A stretch of DNA of 64,000 nucleotides from Candidatus Poribacteria bacterium (GCA_022821065.1 JAJEEK010000007.1:4487-68486), one strand, 5' to 3'; counted from the first letter of the stretch, positions 34,957 through 45,308 are shown. A program made the numbers and translations. The notes: a model not told the origin generated them from the letters alone.

Positions 34957-36585
34957 ATGAACCTCCGTTTTTTCGGCGGTGCCAATGAAGTTGGTGCCTC
35001 CTCCACATTAATTGAGATTGATAGATGCCGTATTCTTGTAGATGCCGGTATCCGAATGGGACCTGGACAGAACTCCCAGTTACCCGATTTCCCTGATTTT
35101 GATAAGGAAGGCATGCCAGATGCTGTCCTTGTGACGCATGCACATACAGACCATACGGGCGCGCTGCCAGTATTAAGGGACCTTTGGCTTGCAGGTGTGA
35201 AACTCTATTGGACACCTTCGATGAAGGCAATTAGTCACGTGTTGTTAAAAGACAGCGCGGAACGAATGCAGCGTGAGGAAGAAGAGGAGGGGAAACCTCC
35301 TCTGTATACGTGTGAAGATTTAGAGGTCCTGCTGCATTGCATGGAAGTTGAAGTTCCGTGGCTGGAACCCGTGGAGATATGTCCTGACGTAACAGCTACT
35401 TGGATTCCCGCTGGACATATTGTGGGCGCGGCGATGATCTATATTCAAGGCAAACACGAGAGTATCTTGATGACAGGTGATGTGTCCGTCACGCCACAGT
35501 CAACTATTCTTGGTTTAGATATGGAAAATTTGCCGTATCAACCCGATGTGATGATGATGGAATCAACTTACGGCAATCGCCAGCATGGAGTGACTCGGAA
35601 ACAAGAAGAAAAAAGACTTGTTGAGGATGTTGCCAAAACGATTGCAGCCGGCGGGAAAGTGTTAATTCCCGCGTTTGCTGTTGGGCGTTCTCAGGAGATC
35701 ATTCTCATCTTGAAGGGTGCAATGGAGCGTGGGGAAATTCCTGAGTTTCCAGTGTATGTTGATGGAATGGTGCGAAAAGTTAATGAGGTCTATTCGAGAT
35801 TTAGTGATGAACTTGCGCCCTCTTTGCGACGTAAAGCAGAACGCTGTGAGGACCTCTTTTATTCCGATGCCATTCAAAAGGTTTCTTCAAAGGAAGAAAG
35901 TGAGAGTCTTTTGGAGGGAACTCCTTGCTGTATCGTGGCATCTTCAGGTATGTTAATCGGCGGTAAGTCGAGTTTCTATGCTAAGCATTTAGCCAAGGAT
36001 CCCAAGAATCTGATTGCAATTACAGGTTATCAAGCTGAAGGGACTCCTGGGCGCACATTGTGGGATTGGGTAGAAGAAGCAGGCAGACCACCAGATTGGA
36101 TATGGCAACTGAATGATCAAGAATCTGTGGATGTGAAGTGTCAAGTGGAAAAATACTCACTTTCGGCACATGCAGACAGCGAACAACTACTGGCATTGGC
36201 TGAGAAAGTGCAGCCACGTAAACTGTTTCTCGTCCACGGTGACGCAGAGGCAAGAGGCAAGCTGTTTAAATCTGTACGCAAAAGGCTTCCTGACATAGAT
36301 GTGAAACTCCCCGAAAATGGCAAATCTTATAGCGTTGGAAAACAAGATGGCCTTTACAAAGGAAGACGTTTACGCTGCGACAGAATCCTCTCTGAGGTTT
36401 TTGATTTTGTGCGAAAGATGGAGCGGAAAGGTCCGTTTCGTGTTCGAGAACTGACAGAGATATGGTTCGGCACAGAAGCAACAACACAGATAGCAGTCAT
36501 GTTTTTTCAATGGTGCTTATCGTTGGATGTCCGCTATTTCAAACGCGGGTCTGATGATTTGTTCTATCTACGTCAGCCTGTTTAA
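34957..36585 (+). CDS. MBL-fold beta-CASP nuclease (RNase J/CPSF73-like) with about 100-aa C-terminal extension
   Basis: aggag RBS before ATG 34957. HxHxDH motif VTHAHTDHTGALP, beta-CASP motifs (MESTYG; SAHAD; LVHGD). Confidence 0.8.
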   Translation: MNLRFFGGANEVGASSTLIEIDRCRILVDAGIRMGPGQNSQLPDFPDFDKEGMPDAVLVTHAHTDHTGALPVLRDLWLAGVKLYWTPSMKAISHVLLKDSAERMQREEEEEGKPPLYTCEDLEVLLHCMEVEVPWLEPVEICPDVTATWIPAGHIVGAAMIYIQGKHESILMTGDVSVTPQSTILGLDMENLPYQPDVMMMESTYGNRQHGVTRKQEEKRLVEDVAKTIAAGGKVLIPAFAVGRSQEIILILKGAMERGEIPEFPVYVDGMVRKVNEVYSRFSDELAPSLRRKAERCEDLFYSDAIQKVSSKEESESLLEGTPCCIVASSGMLIGGKSSFYAKHLAKDPKNLIAITGYQAEGTPGRTLWDWVEEAGRPPDWIWQLNDQESVDVKCQVEKYSLSAHADSEQLLALAEKVQPRKLFLVHGDAEARGKLFKSVRKRLPDIDVKLPENGKSYSVGKQDGLYKGRRLRCDRILSEVFDFVRKMERKGPFRVRELTEIWFGTEATTQIAVMFFQWCLSLDVRYFKRGSDDLFYLRQPV

Positions 36586-36923
36586 TTGTGGCAACCTAAA
36601 AATGCCTCGGCAAAAACTGTCGAGGCATTTTGTTGGATATAAGGCCATTTCAGACATAGTACTTCGCTGGAGGACTGTATTTTTCCAGAATTCCATATCC
36701 CGATTGCTATCTATAGTAGAACGGTTTTCTAACCCAGTTCCTGCACCTGTTCCTCGGAAGGGACACATGTCAAATTTAACAACCAACCAAACGCCGAGCA
36801 AAAGACTCAAGGTAAAAACTATTAATCCGAGACAACCCCTAAATGTCAATTTTTGATGTTCCATATTCGGCGGTATTATCATCGTTTTGTGCCTTCCATT
36901 TAAATATTGAGGATTGCTGATGC

Positions 36924-39620
36924 TCACGGGTTAGATGGCGGTTCATAACTGTTGGTGTGTTCGTGAATCCGCTGGCGTTCGCGGTTGACGTGCGGATCGG
37001 CGCGGCGGGGGATGCCAGTGATCGCATCGACGGATTCGTCCGCCTTAAAGCGTAGATAGAGTTTCTGCGATTTCGCGGCGAGTGAGGGATTCTTGAGAGC
37101 GCGATAACAGCGCATCATGTTGTAGTGTGCATCCAAATCTTCGGGATCAACGGTGAGCGTTTTCTGGAATTCAGTCAAAGCGGTTTCGTATTCGCGTTTT
37201 AGGAAGTGCATCCGTCCGAGTCTGTTCCGGACGCGCGTGTCGCGTGGAAATTGCACTGCGGCGTGCTGGAGATGCTCAATCGCCGTATCGTAGTTGCCGT
37301 ACGTTTCCTGAACGAGTGCATAAAAATAGTGAACCTTCGCACGATGCGGGTTTTCGGGGGACAATCTCTTCTGGATTTCAAACGCCTTTTCAAGCATCGT
37401 TTCGGCACCCCGCATATCGCCTTCCTCGATTCTAACTCTTCCGACATTTACCCACCCATCAAGATATCCCGGTTCAATTTCAGTCACTTTCAGAAAAGCG
37501 GTCTCAGCGGCTTTCAAGTCGCCTTGTAGGAAGAGTCCGATGCCGTAGTCGTTCCACCGTTCGCGTGCGTTTTCAGACGGTGATGATGACAACACAGGTG
37601 TTGTACCTACTACCTTTAAGGTTGCTGTGGCGGATGCCATCGTGGTGATGGGGAGGTTCGGAATCGCCTTAACCTTTCCAGCGACATCTGAAGTATCACC
37701 CGTCCAAACCCATTTGCCGTCATCGTAGCCTTTATCGACTTGGAAATCGGTATCCTCAGGGTCGCGGACACCTGCATAAGCCCACTGTGTGTGCCACCAG
37801 TTGAACTTTCGGTAGTTGAGTTTCGCCTCCACTGTAAGTACCTCCCCGCAATCGAATGGGATTTCGAGTCGGTAGCGCGCGGTATCTGCAGCGCCCGGCG
37901 GGATTGTGTTTGAATAAAGCACAGTTCGCATTGCCCAAGCGTTCCGTTTATTAATCAGGTTCCCGTGTGCGTCGAGCATATAACTGCGATAGAAGTGTGC
38001 ACCCGGATCGACCGGTCCGTTGCCATCGCGTGCGGCGATCCTGCCGTTCCAGAAGATGATCTTCCCGTTTTCGTCGGTGGCTTTCACCTCCAGCCAGATG
38101 TCAAACGCATCAATCGTGCCAGCCGGAAACCGGTGGCCGACGTTGCGTGTGCGGACGACGACATCAATCCGTGTACTTCTGTCTCGTGCGATTTCAACGC
38201 CGTCGCTTGGGATCGGCGCACCATCTGCGAATAGGTCTAATGTTACGGCATCATCCTGCAAAAAATCTGTCACGGCTTTGAGTTGGTCGGGATGTTGATT
38301 GACGAACGGGAGTGCCGTGTTCGCAGCCGGGAAGCGGTGGCTGTGAACTTTGCCGTTGATATTTGCTGCGTCTGTTGAATCAACAAGCGGCATGTGGCAA
38401 TCGACACATTTCTTCGCCGTTTCGGGGTAGTAGAAAGAGAGCGCGCCTTGGTGTGAAACACCACTTTTCTGCCACTGATCGTAGTCGTTGAAACCGCGCA
38501 CCCAGCGGAAATTGTTAACTGGCTCATCAAGGTGTACCTTGTGGCAGGTTGAACAGAATTCGGCAGTGTTTTGACGGTGGAACGGCTTCAGGAAACTCTT
38601 TTTGTGCGGCTCCGGGTCGAGGCGGATGAGATAGTTGTGCAAATTCCGAATGATCGGGTTATCGCTGGCAGCGAGGTCGTGAAGCGGCGGATATTTAATC
38701 ATGTATCCGCTGTTGCCCATCGTATCCTTGACGCGTTCGATAGAGTGGCACGCTGTACAAGCGAGTCCGGCTTGTGCAGCAGGCGTATGGAGATTCTCGC
38801 GGATGGGTCTGTCCATTACGCCGTTGAGTAGGATCGCTGGGTCGTGGCACCCTCCACACCATTTAGAAGGTTGGATACCGTTGACCTCCTGCATATAGAT
38901 AATGGACTTACGATACCACTGGTTATTGAACGAGGAGAAGTGGTGCGCCGATTCGTTCCACTGCCGATAGATGTCCGGATGACAACCGCTCGTGGCACAG
39001 GTCTCCGATGTGAGAAAGAAATCGGTCGGGATGAGTCCCCCTGTTTCTGTTTCAACGGATGCAGGAAAAAAATGGCCCGTTGTACCACCACCTTCCTCGT
39101 ACATGCTCGTCGGCGGGAGTGCCGGGTTTTCAACGAGATACGTTTCGTCCGGTAGATAGTACTGTGTGAGTTTCGCACCAATAGGGAACAGCACAACGGC
39201 AGCCAATACACCAACGGTTATCTTCCGCAATAGTGGCGTAAGAAACTCAGCGTCTCTTAATAGGTAAAGGCAGAAGAGGAGGCTACCGGTGCTTACACTG
39301 ACGATGTGCGTGATGAGAAGCCAACGGTAAGGCGTTATCGCACCGACGACCATCAGATACAGACCCGTGATGATACCGATGCCTATCCCGATAATCCCTA
39401 TTTGTCCGAGTCTTGAGACTTTCTGCGTTGGAATATGGACTTGCAAGCTGCGCCGTAGATATTTGTAGACATAGATGCTGAATGGCAGTATTAAAACGAT
39501 GCCAAGTCCAACGTGGAGCAAGACATTGGAGATGTAAAAGAGCGTCGGTTCGCCGAAACTGAACAGATACGCGCTGTTGAGCAGTAGAACAAGAAAGGCA
39601 GCTAAAGAAAGTTTCCGCAT
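36924..39620 (-). CDS. Membrane-anchored multiheme c-type cytochrome domain fused to TPR repeats
   Basis: N-terminal TM helices. Four CXXCH motifs (CGGCH, CTACH, CSTCH, CVDCH) plus CATSGCH. C-terminal TPR units. Confidence 0.8.
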   Translation of the reverse strand: MRKLSLAAFLVLLLNSAYLFSFGEPTLFYISNVLLHVGLGIVLILPFSIYVYKYLRRSLQVHIPTQKVSRLGQIGIIGIGIGIITGLYLMVVGAITPYRWLLITHIVSVSTGSLLFCLYLLRDAEFLTPLLRKITVGVLAAVVLFPIGAKLTQYYLPDETYLVENPALPPTSMYEEGGGTTGHFFPASVETETGGLIPTDFFLTSETCATSGCHPDIYRQWNESAHHFSSFNNQWYRKSIIYMQEVNGIQPSKWCGGCHDPAILLNGVMDRPIRENLHTPAAQAGLACTACHSIERVKDTMGNSGYMIKYPPLHDLAASDNPIIRNLHNYLIRLDPEPHKKSFLKPFHRQNTAEFCSTCHKVHLDEPVNNFRWVRGFNDYDQWQKSGVSHQGALSFYYPETAKKCVDCHMPLVDSTDAANINGKVHSHRFPAANTALPFVNQHPDQLKAVTDFLQDDAVTLDLFADGAPIPSDGVEIARDRSTRIDVVVRTRNVGHRFPAGTIDAFDIWLEVKATDENGKIIFWNGRIAARDGNGPVDPGAHFYRSYMLDAHGNLINKRNAWAMRTVLYSNTIPPGAADTARYRLEIPFDCGEVLTVEAKLNYRKFNWWHTQWAYAGVRDPEDTDFQVDKGYDDGKWVWTGDTSDVAGKVKAIPNLPITTMASATATLKVVGTTPVLSSSPSENARERWNDYGIGLFLQGDLKAAETAFLKVTEIEPGYLDGWVNVGRVRIEEGDMRGAETMLEKAFEIQKRLSPENPHRAKVHYFYALVQETYGNYDTAIEHLQHAAVQFPRDTRVRNRLGRMHFLKREYETALTEFQKTLTVDPEDLDAHYNMMRCYRALKNPSLAAKSQKLYLRFKADESVDAITGIPRRADPHVNRERQRIHEHTNSYEPPSNP

Positions 39621-39726
39621 TTTTAAACTATTCGTGGATTGGATGATGAATAATATATCTTCAAGATGTTTAAGTCTTTTTATATTTTACCATATTTTTC
39701 TCTGAACTGCTATGTATTAAATATAA

Positions 39727-39751
39727 CTGGCGAGGTTAGGAACCTCGCCAG
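39727..39751 (-). terminator. Intrinsic terminator hairpin after the 39784-40914 gene
   Basis: Perfect 11-bp stem ctggcgaggtt-agg-aacctcgccag. On the minus strand it is followed by ttatattt. Confidence 0.6.
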
Positions 39752-39783
39752 TGAAGAAGTTTGAGGTAATCTTGTTGGATCTG

Positions 39784-40914
39784 TTATTGATCTTTGATGA
39801 GTTTTACGCCCTTATGGTGTATTTCTCCGTACCACCGACGAAATTCTTCTCTGGATAATTTCTTGCCTTCTGTTTCTACTTGAATCGTGGCATTGTCAGG
39901 GAGGTCAACAGTAAATACCTCATACGGAATCTCGTGATTCACTACGAAGTTCTGTGTCTCTATGATGGCTCTATTGATGAAGTGTTCCGCGCCATCTGAA
40001 TCAATCCTGAATGTTTCGGCGATGCCGTTTGTGACAAACCATGCGTCCTCACCGTATAGTCCGTAAGAGAGCCTAACGCGCCTGAGAGTGGGAGTGCCTT
40101 TCTTGATATTTCCATCTGCGGAGTCTGTCGCACTTGAAGATCGACTTTCATACTGTAGATAGCGCAGACCGAGTTCCGGCGAAACCCAAATCCTTTCAAA
40201 ACTGTCTTCCGGTTGATTTGGCTGTCTTGCTTCGAGGACATAACACGGGAAACCGTTGAAAAACTCAGCGTTTACGATACGGAAATTTCGTTCTTTCAGG
40301 TAAGTCGGTAAGTCCTGCCTCTCAACAATGCGAAACCACCGCCTCGGATCTACCCAGCTTCTTGAGGTATTTAATTCGGTTTGCTTCTGGCTTTTTAATT
40401 CAGCGTTTTCGGGACGCTGTGAGTTACGTCGACTTTTTAATAGCAAGTTTTCGGCTTGCAAGTTACGCCGGCTTTTCAATAGCAAGTTTTCGGCTTGCAA
40501 GCTACGCCGAAAATGGTAACTCGGTTCTCCGGTTTCAGAGGCTATTATCTCCAACGTTCCGGTTGGGGTCAAAATGATAGTTGTTTTCGGTGTGTAGGTG
40601 TTGTTGAAAAGTCCCTCTTCAAATTCTATACGTGTATGCCATGGATCAAACGTGAGGCGTGCCTTATAGGTACTATGCGTATCAGATACTCCGGGTTGTC
40701 TAAAGACATATAGACATTCTCCCTCGCCGGACAGGACGGCTCCATCATAATTTCGCATGCCGAGTAGGATCATATTGAAATCGTTCTCTGCATCTACGGC
40801 GTTCTGTGGTAAGACAGGTAGCGTTTCTTCCTGGGCAAATGCCATCGCGAAGCAAGCAAAGAAAACAAAACTGGCAATGACGAAACGTATTGTCTTCATT
40901 TTCAAAAGGAACAT
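39784..40914 (-). CDS. Secreted LolA-fold / outer-membrane lipoprotein-sorting-like protein (paralog A)
   Basis: aggagg RBS. Signal FVIASFVFFACFAMAFA. FRIVNAEFFNGFPCYVLEA...RIWVSPELGLRYLQYESRS is paralogous to 41087-42049. Carries a 13-aa in-frame duplication. Confidence 0.6.
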   Translation of the reverse strand: MFLLKMKTIRFVIASFVFFACFAMAFAQEETLPVLPQNAVDAENDFNMILLGMRNYDGAVLSGEGECLYVFRQPGVSDTHSTYKARLTFDPWHTRIEFEEGLFNNTYTPKTTIILTPTGTLEIIASETGEPSYHFRRSLQAENLLLKSRRNLQAENLLLKSRRNSQRPENAELKSQKQTELNTSRSWVDPRRWFRIVERQDLPTYLKERNFRIVNAEFFNGFPCYVLEARQPNQPEDSFERIWVSPELGLRYLQYESRSSSATDSADGNIKKGTPTLRRVRLSYGLYGEDAWFVTNGIAETFRIDSDGAEHFINRAIIETQNFVVNHEIPYEVFTVDLPDNATIQVETEGKKLSREEFRRWYGEIHHKGVKLIKDQ

Positions 40915-41086
40915 TGTTGTCCTCCTATCTCCTAAGAGGGTTTATTGAAACGACCCGTTGTAGGTGACCCGCATCGGTAGCGGTTCCGTGAGTTCAGATA
41001 TCCATCCACCCGGAAACAGTGGGTTATCGCCGCCTGTCACTTTCAAAGCTGTTTTACTAAACAACGCCAGTAAAGTCAAGAAGTTA

Positions 41087-42049
41087 TCAGTTATCAGCTG
41101 GTTGCCCGTACTGTTTGAGAAATTCCTGTTTGGACAATTCCTGCTTGACCCCTTGCACCTTAATCAGAGCATCATCCGGGATATCAACGGTAAACGTTTC
41201 TGGTGGTAGGTCATGATTGATTTTGAAATTCTTTATCTCCAGTTTCTGTCCAGAAATTATAGGATCCTCCGGCTTAAAGTCGACCCAAGCGCGTTCACTA
41301 AAAACTGCTTTAGGGAACCAGACATCTCCGTGTTGCTGATAAGAGATTGTGGTACGTATAACAGTAGGTGCCTCCATCGGAACGTCGCTGTCCAGAGCAT
41401 CTACAGGGGTAAGGGACCGGCTCTCATGTTTGAGGTATCGGAACCCTCGATCGGGGGCGATCCAAATTTTTTCAGGCATATCTACATCTTTTTCTTCCAA
41501 AACGTAGCAGAGAACATCGTTGAAACCTTCGCTCCCTACGATCTGGAAGTTTTTGCTTTCAAGGTAGGTTGCTAAATCTTTGTCTCTCAAGGTAATCCAT
41601 CGTCTCGGGTCCACATCATGGAAAGGTCTAATTAATTTCAGTTCTCTGCTGAAGTAGCGTTCAGGTGTAAAATGATAGCCGAATTCGCCCTTCCTATTGC
41701 GAGTAATCTCCCACATTCCGGCTGGTATAAGGAGCGTCGTTTTTTCTTGGGTATGGAAAAAGTCTTTTTCCGTATGGAAACGCGTGTTCTCCTTATTGAA
41801 GGCGATGGCGCCGGTAACAATATGGGTATCAGTATCAACAGGGACACCAAGTGTGTAAACGACTTCGCCTTCACCGGATTTCAGCAGTGCGTTATGCTGC
41901 TTGATAGCCGCTAAAAGTGTTTTCAGGTCAAGTTCATCTGCTGCTGTATCTGGCAACAGTGGTTCCTGTGCAAATGCTGTTGTGAGACCTACGAAAAACA
42001 TAATACAGACAATTGGGAAATGATATGATTTCAAGTTCAAAAACGACAC
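41087..42049 (-). CDS. Secreted LolA-fold / lipoprotein-sorting-like protein (paralog B)
   Basis: aaggagg plus 6 nt then GTG 42049. Signal SFLNLKSYHFPIVCIMFFVGLTTAFA. FQIVGSEGFNDVLCYVLEE...KIWIAPDRGFRYLKHESRS. Confidence 0.6.
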   Translation of the reverse strand: MSFLNLKSYHFPIVCIMFFVGLTTAFAQEPLLPDTAADELDLKTLLAAIKQHNALLKSGEGEVVYTLGVPVDTDTHIVTGAIAFNKENTRFHTEKDFFHTQEKTTLLIPAGMWEITRNRKGEFGYHFTPERYFSRELKLIRPFHDVDPRRWITLRDKDLATYLESKNFQIVGSEGFNDVLCYVLEEKDVDMPEKIWIAPDRGFRYLKHESRSLTPVDALDSDVPMEAPTVIRTTISYQQHGDVWFPKAVFSERAWVDFKPEDPIISGQKLEIKNFKINHDLPPETFTVDIPDDALIKVQGVKQELSKQEFLKQYGQPADN

Positions 42050-42065
42050 TGTTTTCCTCCTTAGT

Positions 42066-43388
42066 TTAATTTTCATTCTGAGCAGGCTTAGCACTGTTTT
42101 CCTGAGCAGACGCGTTGAATGTTTTGCTGGGGATAACCCGCATGGGCAGCGGTTCCATCAAGGCATAGATCCATCCACCGGGAAGCACCGGATCTTTCTC
42201 GACACCTGTCACCCGCAAATAAGACCTATACCTCAGAATTTTTCCGGTGTTAGCGACATCTTGATAGAGTCGCTGGACCTCTTTCCATGTTTCATCGCGC
42301 CAGACGGCAATCCGGGGTACCATCCCTGCCGTGCCATCTGTGCTTCGCAGCTCGGTATAGAGTTCCGCTGCCTTGGTGAGATTTGTTCGGATTTCGTCCT
42401 CAAGTTCGGGAATTTTCTCTTCAATTTCAGCGAGTGTTAACCCAAAGAACCGTTTTTCGGACTGCGGAACGCTTGCGGTTTCACTGTCAGCGGAGGTGCT
42501 TGTACGGTTGTCTCTACTGGGGATAATATTTCTTCCGAACTGGTTTCGCATCGCTAATTTTGCATTAAGGTCAAGCATAATAGGTGTATCAACGATTTCG
42601 ATCAGATACTCAGATTCTGCCTCAAAGTTATACGGTTTCTGATACCGGACGAGATATTGATTACCGACACCGAGTCCTAACATAATTAAAACAGCAGCTG
42701 TACCCAAAGCCGTCCACGGCAGCAACGGTTTCGCAGCTGGCGGCGATGGCATCGGTTTTATATCTGCAATTTGTCGTCCGATGTTCTCTATAAGGCTAAC
42801 AGGCAGTTGGACACTACCGAGCATCTCCTCAATCAGAAGTTCTTCTCGCTCCTGTAGACGCTTTTTCGCTCGGCGAAGTCGGCTATTGATTGTGTTTACC
42901 GACACACCTAAAAATTTGCCGATCTCCTTCGCTGTCATTTCGCCGAGATAGTGGAGCGTTACGACTGTGCGTTCACTCTCTGGAAGTCTTTGTAGAAGTT
43001 TTTTCACGATTTCATGGCGACGCTCGGTGTTATCTGTCTCGCGTTGCTCGGATACGTAACGTTTGTAAGAAGCGTTCTCTATCTCTACCACAGGTGTGCC
43101 CTCCAGCGATTGTGCCGAAAGTTTCTTCTTCTGGTTCCACCGCTTGCAAAGGTTATTCGCAATGACATAAAGCCAACCCGCAAACTGATTCGGATTTCTT
43201 AGTGTTGCAAGTTTTTTGTATGCCTGAAGGAAGGTATCTTGTGTAATTTCTTCGGCGAAATGGAAGTCGCCAACCTTGCGCCACGCGAGCGCGTGGACAC
43301 TCTTTTGGTACTTTCCGACCAAGGTGGTGAACGCTGCGTCGTTACCTGACAAGATACTTTGAATGAGTTGCACGTCGTCTTTTTCCAT
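42066..43388 (-). CDS. ECF-type sigma-70 factor fused to a TM segment and about 190-aa extracytoplasmic extension (paralog 2)
   Basis: MEKDDVQLIQSILSGNDAAF...FHFAEEITQDTFLQAYKK...LHYLGEMTAKEIGKFLGVSVNTINSRLRRAKKRL. TM segment is LLPWTALGTAAVLIMLGLGV. Confidence 0.8.
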   Translation of the reverse strand: MEKDDVQLIQSILSGNDAAFTTLVGKYQKSVHALAWRKVGDFHFAEEITQDTFLQAYKKLATLRNPNQFAGWLYVIANNLCKRWNQKKKLSAQSLEGTPVVEIENASYKRYVSEQRETDNTERRHEIVKKLLQRLPESERTVVTLHYLGEMTAKEIGKFLGVSVNTINSRLRRAKKRLQEREELLIEEMLGSVQLPVSLIENIGRQIADIKPMPSPPAAKPLLPWTALGTAAVLIMLGLGVGNQYLVRYQKPYNFEAESEYLIEIVDTPIMLDLNAKLAMRNQFGRNIIPSRDNRTSTSADSETASVPQSEKRFFGLTLAEIEEKIPELEDEIRTNLTKAAELYTELRSTDGTAGMVPRIAVWRDETWKEVQRLYQDVANTGKILRYRSYLRVTGVEKDPVLPGGWIYALMEPLPMRVIPSKTFNASAQENSAKPAQNEN

Positions 43389-43448
43389 CAGAATTCTCCG
43401 TCATTACAAATCTCTTTACCAACTTCCGCGCGTTTTTGGTGTTCAACT

Positions 43449-43482
43449 ATTAAAGATACAATTTTGAGGCGGAAAACGTGCA
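43449..43482 (-). promoter_or_regulatory. Conserved promoter-like motif upstream of ECF sigma paralog 2
   Basis: Minus-strand sequence TGCACgttttc...AAAATTgtaTCTTTAAT matches 18779-18811. Confidence 0.4.
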
Positions 43483-43579
43483 TAATTTTCAAAAAGAATG
43501 GAAAAATCGAAATTTAATCTGAAATTGGAGTTTGTCGGACGAGATTCGTATGTAGAAGCTGCTGAAACTTATTTCTCAG

Positions 43580-44329
43580 CTATCCCGCTGTATAGCCGCC
43601 GTCAATGGGGAGGGCAATGCCTGTAACGAACGCGGATTCATCGGAGGCGAGGTAGAGTGCGCCGTAGGCGATCTCTTCGGGCTGCGCGAGTCGGCGCATC
43701 GGGTGCTGATCGGCGAGGTTCCGATATTCTTCCGGTGTCTTAACAACACCGGCAACCAACGGTGTCTCAACGAAACCCGGACAGATGCAGTTGACTCGGA
43801 TGTTATCTTCTGAATAATCGAGTGCCATCCCGCGGGTGAGGTTCGTCACGCCGCCTTTAGAGGCGACGTACGCTGCCCGAACCCCCGCACCCACAAGTCC
43901 GTAGATAGAGGACAAGTTGATAATGGAACCGCCACCGTTTTTCTGCATCGCTGGGATCGCTGCCTTCGAGCAGAGATAGACACCCGTGAGATTGACATCT
44001 AAACAGCGATGCCAATCTGCTTCCGGTAAGTCGGCAACGGGGAGTCGCATTGCAATACCGGCACTGTTCAACAGAATATCCAGTTTTCCGTATCTGTTGG
44101 CGGTTTCCTTTACCACTCGTTCCGTGTTGCCTGATATTGTCACATCGGTTTCGACGTAGATTGCTTCGTTACCTGCGTCTCGGATGGTGGCGACAGTCTG
44201 GTTCGCGCCATTTTCGTCAATGTCGGCGACGACGACTTTCGCGCCGTGTTCGGCGAACAGGATTGCTGTGGCTTTGCCGATGCCGGAGGCGGCACCTGTG
44301 GTGATGGCTACTTTATCTTTAAGTCGCAT
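43580..44329 (-). CDS. SDR-family oxidoreductase (FabG-like)
   Basis: TGAASGIGKA, NSAG, and the YVASKGG catalytic motif. Confidence 0.9.
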   Translation of the reverse strand: MRLKDKVAITTGAASGIGKATAILFAEHGAKVVVADIDENGANQTVATIRDAGNEAIYVETDVTISGNTERVVKETANRYGKLDILLNSAGIAMRLPVADLPEADWHRCLDVNLTGVYLCSKAAIPAMQKNGGGSIINLSSIYGLVGAGVRAAYVASKGGVTNLTRGMALDYSEDNIRVNCICPGFVETPLVAGVVKTPEEYRNLADQHPMRRLAQPEEIAYGALYLASDESAFVTGIALPIDGGYTAG

Positions 44330-44366
44330 TTTTTAACATTCGGTTCTTTCGTCGATTTGACCTGGT

Positions 44367-45308
44367 TTAGAGATCTTTTTCTGTCCATTCTGCTGGGTTC
44401 ACTTCTGGTTTGCCGATTCGGTTTCTGAGCAGACCAATCTTCTCAATTTCGAGTTCAATTACATCGCCGGGTTGGATCCAGCGGTCGAGTTCCCATCCGC
44501 ACCCTTTTCCGACGGTGCCTGAACCTAAAAACTCACCCGGATAGAGCGTCTCCGATTGTGAAACGAACGAGATCATTTCCGCGAAGGAGTAGTACATATC
44601 TGATGTATTCCCGTCTGCCCAGACTTCATTATTGACTCTGGCAATCATTCGGAGGTCGTAGGGATCGCCGATTTCATCCGGTGTAACAAGACAGGGACCC
44701 ATGATATTGCTGTTATCGAAATCTTTTCCTTTCGCGGGACCGAGTGCCATAGTCATGTGTCGGAACTGAATATCGCGTGCGCTGATGTCGTTGTAAATAG
44801 TGTAGCCTGCGATGTATTCGGGCGCCTCTTCTATAGAGATATTTTTCCCGACTTTGCCGATGTAGACACCCCACTCCAGTTCAAAATCGAGCTTTTCGGT
44901 GTAGTTTGGCCACATGACAACAGCTTCGTGTCCGGCGATGGAAGATGGACTGGTGCTGCCGCGGTAGTAGTTCGGCAGTTTGAACCACTCTGGCGAGATC
45001 TCTTTACCGGTGATGCGTGCGGCGGCATCCATGTGAGTTTTGAATACGCCGAAGTCACGCAGGCTTGCCGGACGCGGGAACGGCGCGAGGAGTTGGACAT
45101 CGACAACTGGAAAAATGCTGTCGGATGTATCGGTGCTATCAACGGCCTGATTGATATGTTTTTGCGCGTCAGCGATACAATTTTGCTCAAAGAATTGGGT
45201 CATATCCGGGGCAACAACCGTGAGGTCAACGATTCGGTCACCGGAAATCCATGCACCGAGTTTCGGTGTTGTCCCTGTTGATTTGGTTTGAAAGGTAACG
45301 AGTTTCAT
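44367..45308 (-). CDS. Fumarylacetoacetate hydrolase-family protein
   Basis: MKLVTFQTK start at 45308. FAH-domain motifs (LDFELEWGVYIGK, YTIYNDISARD, GPAKGKDFD). Confidence 0.8.
   Translation of the reverse strand: MKLVTFQTKSTGTTPKLGAWISGDRIVDLTVVAPDMTQFFEQNCIADAQKHINQAVDSTDTSDSIFPVVDVQLLAPFPRPASLRDFGVFKTHMDAAARITGKEISPEWFKLPNYYRGSTSPSSIAGHEAVVMWPNYTEKLDFELEWGVYIGKVGKNISIEEAPEYIAGYTIYNDISARDIQFRHMTMALGPAKGKDFDNSNIMGPCLVTPDEIGDPYDLRMIARVNNEVWADGNTSDMYYSFAEMISFVSQSETLYPGEFLGSGTVGKGCGWELDRWIQPGDVIELEIEKIGLLRNRIGKPEVNPAEWTEKDL

Noticed and set aside
36568-36927. 119-aa ORF (minus strand) overlapping the cytochrome/TPR gene stop, as a possible small membrane protein.
   Set aside because: It has one hydrophobic segment but no RBS or recognisable family, and a plus-strand ORF competes for the same region. 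It is left unannotated; Ribo-seq would be needed to decide.
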